Part shown: in pieces, positions 62,303-64,000 of the stretch | How positions within the stretch are numbered: position 1 is the stretch's first letter | How the letters are laid out: each line of letters begins with the position of its first letter | Virus record (IMG/VR): IMGVR_UViG_3300037042_002125 | Span: 124,001-188,000 of that record | Direction: 5' to 3' (one strand) | DNA: 64,000 nucleotides | Notes under the pieces: model-generated | What the model was told of the DNA's origin: nothing | Database searches by the model: none | The model's input: the letters and a program-made list of their open reading frames with translations, nothing else | Translations under genes and position numbers: made by a program

Positions 62303-63103
62303 CTATACAGCATCTTTGCTTGTCTCATATCGACCCTCAAATGCCTTGAGAGAGTTTGCAAGGGCGATCTCGTAGTTGTCACTTAGCCACTGTTTGATCG
62401 TTGCCAGATCAGGCGGCGTGGTTTGTTTGTCCAACCAGGCAGTAAGGAAGTAGTTGTCTTGGTTAGCCCCATCCCACAGCTTGAGATACCGATCTACGGC
62501 ATAGTACCCATACTTGAACGTACCTGCCTTGTACCCTTTGTCTTGGCGGAATTGATTCAGCAAAGCCTTTGCCATGTAGCGGGTGTAGAGGTTACGCAAG
62601 TCAAAGTCAATTGATCTTGAAAGGCTGAACAACAAAGACCAAGGGTTAAGGCCAAGCAACCCGTGTGCTTCCACGTACTCACTTGCGCTGTTCAAATTCA
62701 GGCTAGCCATTAGCATCTTTGCCAAAGACAAAGTCTTAACTTTATCCACAGACAAATCTGCAGACATTTGAAGGCTTCGGTAGATGCTCTCAATTGCTTC
62801 ATCGGCGTCTTGGCTATCAATCACTGATTGGCTGAGCATGAAGTGAACTGCGTCTACTATCTCCATTTTGCAGTTACCTAGGTCTTGCTTATCTCCTGAC
62901 CACCACTCGTAGCCGTAGCTGTTAACGAACTCACCGATCTCTTGAGAGGCTGCTAGGCTGTAATCAAACTCCTGGGTGCGGCCTTTGTTAAGCCAATCCT
63001 CGTTGTAGGCTTTGGTGTTCAAAGCAATCTGGTTAAATACCATTTCACGTATCATCGAATACGCTGGTGAGGTTTTGAAATCTTCGCCGAAGAGGTTAAC
63101 CAT
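62303..63103 (-). CDS. Dimeric (all-alpha) dUTPase family
   Basis: EIGE, WW, MEIVDAVHF, Y.AK..LN.FRQDKGY motifs. Confidence 0.8.
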   Translation of the reverse strand: MVNLFGEDFKTSPAYSMIREMVFNQIALNTKAYNEDWLNKGRTQEFDYSLAASQEIGEFVNSYGYEWWSGDKQDLGNCKMEIVDAVHFMLSQSVIDSQDADEAIESIYRSLQMSADLSVDKVKTLSLAKMLMASLNLNSASEYVEAHGLLGLNPWSLLFSLSRSIDFDLRNLYTRYMAKALLNQFRQDKGYKAGTFKYGYYAVDRYLKLWDGANQDNYFLTAWLDKQTTPPDLATIKQWLSDNYEIALANSLKAFEGRYETSKDAV

Positions 63104-63105
63104 GG

Positions 63106-63648
63106 TCAGTCCTTGTTGGTGTTTGAGATAAATGAGCTACGGCTCTTTGGAGTCTCCCACCAATCGACACGAGAGCAGGTAACCCCCAAAGCCTTCATCT
63201 TTATTGAGACTAAAGTGTGCATCCACTTTGCAAAATTCTCGCTCGTTGGTACAAAGTCTACAACTAGCATACCACCATACAGCTCTTGCAATAAAGGGGA
63301 CATTGAATCGTTTTCAACAGTCCATGCTACCTCCACTCCTTCCAGCTCTACTGGTTGTAATCTAGATGTTTCTGGGAATAGAATTAACCTTAGTGGATCA
63401 TTTCTGTCAATGACAAACTTGTGATCAATAAAAGTATTTAGCCACTTCTTAAGCCACTCCAAGTGCCTAAAATCTGTAACCATACCTCGCACCAACGTGT
63501 CTGAGCTTAAAAAGACTTGAACTTTTGCTTCATGGCCGTGCAGATGCCTACAGGCGCATTTCAAGTCTTCTGAAAATCTACCGTCTAATTCTTGACTCCA
63601 AACTCTATGGCCATAACAGAACTCAAAAGTCTTATCAATGTTGAACAT
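63106..63648 (-). CDS. queD: 6-carboxy-tetrahydropterin synthase
   Basis: F.YGHR, C..LHGH, DF, DH.F, PTSEN and WET motifs. Confidence 0.93.
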   Translation of the reverse strand: MFNIDKTFEFCYGHRVWSQELDGRFSEDLKCACRHLHGHEAKVQVFLSSDTLVRGMVTDFRHLEWLKKWLNTFIDHKFVIDRNDPLRLILFPETSRLQPVELEGVEVAWTVENDSMSPLLQELYGGMLVVDFVPTSENFAKWMHTLVSIKMKALGVTCSRVDWWETPKSRSSFISNTNKD

Positions 63649-63670
63649 GGTTTCTTCCTTTATATCAATG

Positions 63671-63684
63671 TAATTTTATTTACA
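63671..63684. promoter_or_regulatory. Overlapping divergent motifs: TAATTTTAT (+, 63671-63679) and TGTAAATA (-, 63677-63684)
   Basis: Divergent gap between queD and the next ORF. Confidence 0.55.
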
Positions 63685-63710
63685 CTCTAAGTTACTACAT
63701 GGTGTAAACT

Positions 63711-64000
63711 ATGAACCTAAATACCGCAGTAAAAAAATTCCTATCTTATGCAGATAAAAATGGCATACGTAGACTTTATGAAGTCCTACCTGGTTGGTTG
63801 AAAGCTAATTACCCGTCTGTTTATTTCTCTACTCCTGAGTTCAAATTGTTAGAACACCTGCCACACAAGAACGATCACGCATACAGGGATATGTCTAAAA
63901 AAGACAAGGCTAAAGTAAAGGCCTCACGTACACAACTATATAATGCTATTGCTAAACAGGCTTTGAAAATCCGACATTGCTACGGTTGTGGAGTCGAACT
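63711..64000 (+). CDS. 3'-truncated ORF ending in CxxC (possible HNH/Zn-finger protein)
   Basis: Manual translation MNLNTAVKKF...RHCYGCGVE, open to the window end. Confidence 0.55.
   Translation, partial: MNLNTAVKKFLSYADKNGIRRLYEVLPGWLKANYPSVYFSTPEFKLLEHLPHKNDHAYRDMSKKDKAKVKASRTQLYNAIAKQALKIRHCYGCGVE

Overview
A 64-kb, densely coding segment of a large contractile-tailed (myovirus-like) dsDNA phage genome, read in the standard genetic code. A two-component spanin pair indicates a Gram-negative host. Left to right it holds: (1) tail-associated peptidoglycan hydrolases and a full baseplate module (1-11 kb); (2) a 2643-aa tail fibre with about 1400 aa of Thr/Ser-rich interrupted collagen-like (GPT) repeats, 17-aa Asn/Gly repeats and a C-terminal S74-type chaperone; (3) directly beside it, four glycosyltransferase-like genes (one fused to a SAM methyltransferase), plus an endolysin, prohead protease and spanins; (4) a replication/transcription block with primase, Cas4-like nuclease, flap exonuclease, sigma-like factor, beta-clamp-like protein, SF2 helicase and DnaB; (5) an intein-containing large terminase, probable portal, ART-like protein and NAD ligase; (6) a second fibre paralogue, a small GPT-repeat protein and topoisomerase IB; (7) a minus-strand counter-defence block with a Tad1-like sponge, folE, queE, dimeric dUTPase and queD. 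Two recurring intergenic motifs (TGTAAATA and TAATTTNAT) look like phage promoter classes. The most interesting candidate system is phage-encoded O-glycosylation, possibly with methyl capping, of collagen/mucin-like virion fibres. I saw no tRNA, rRNA or CRISPR array. All family assignments come from motif recognition by eye and need HMM or structure confirmation.
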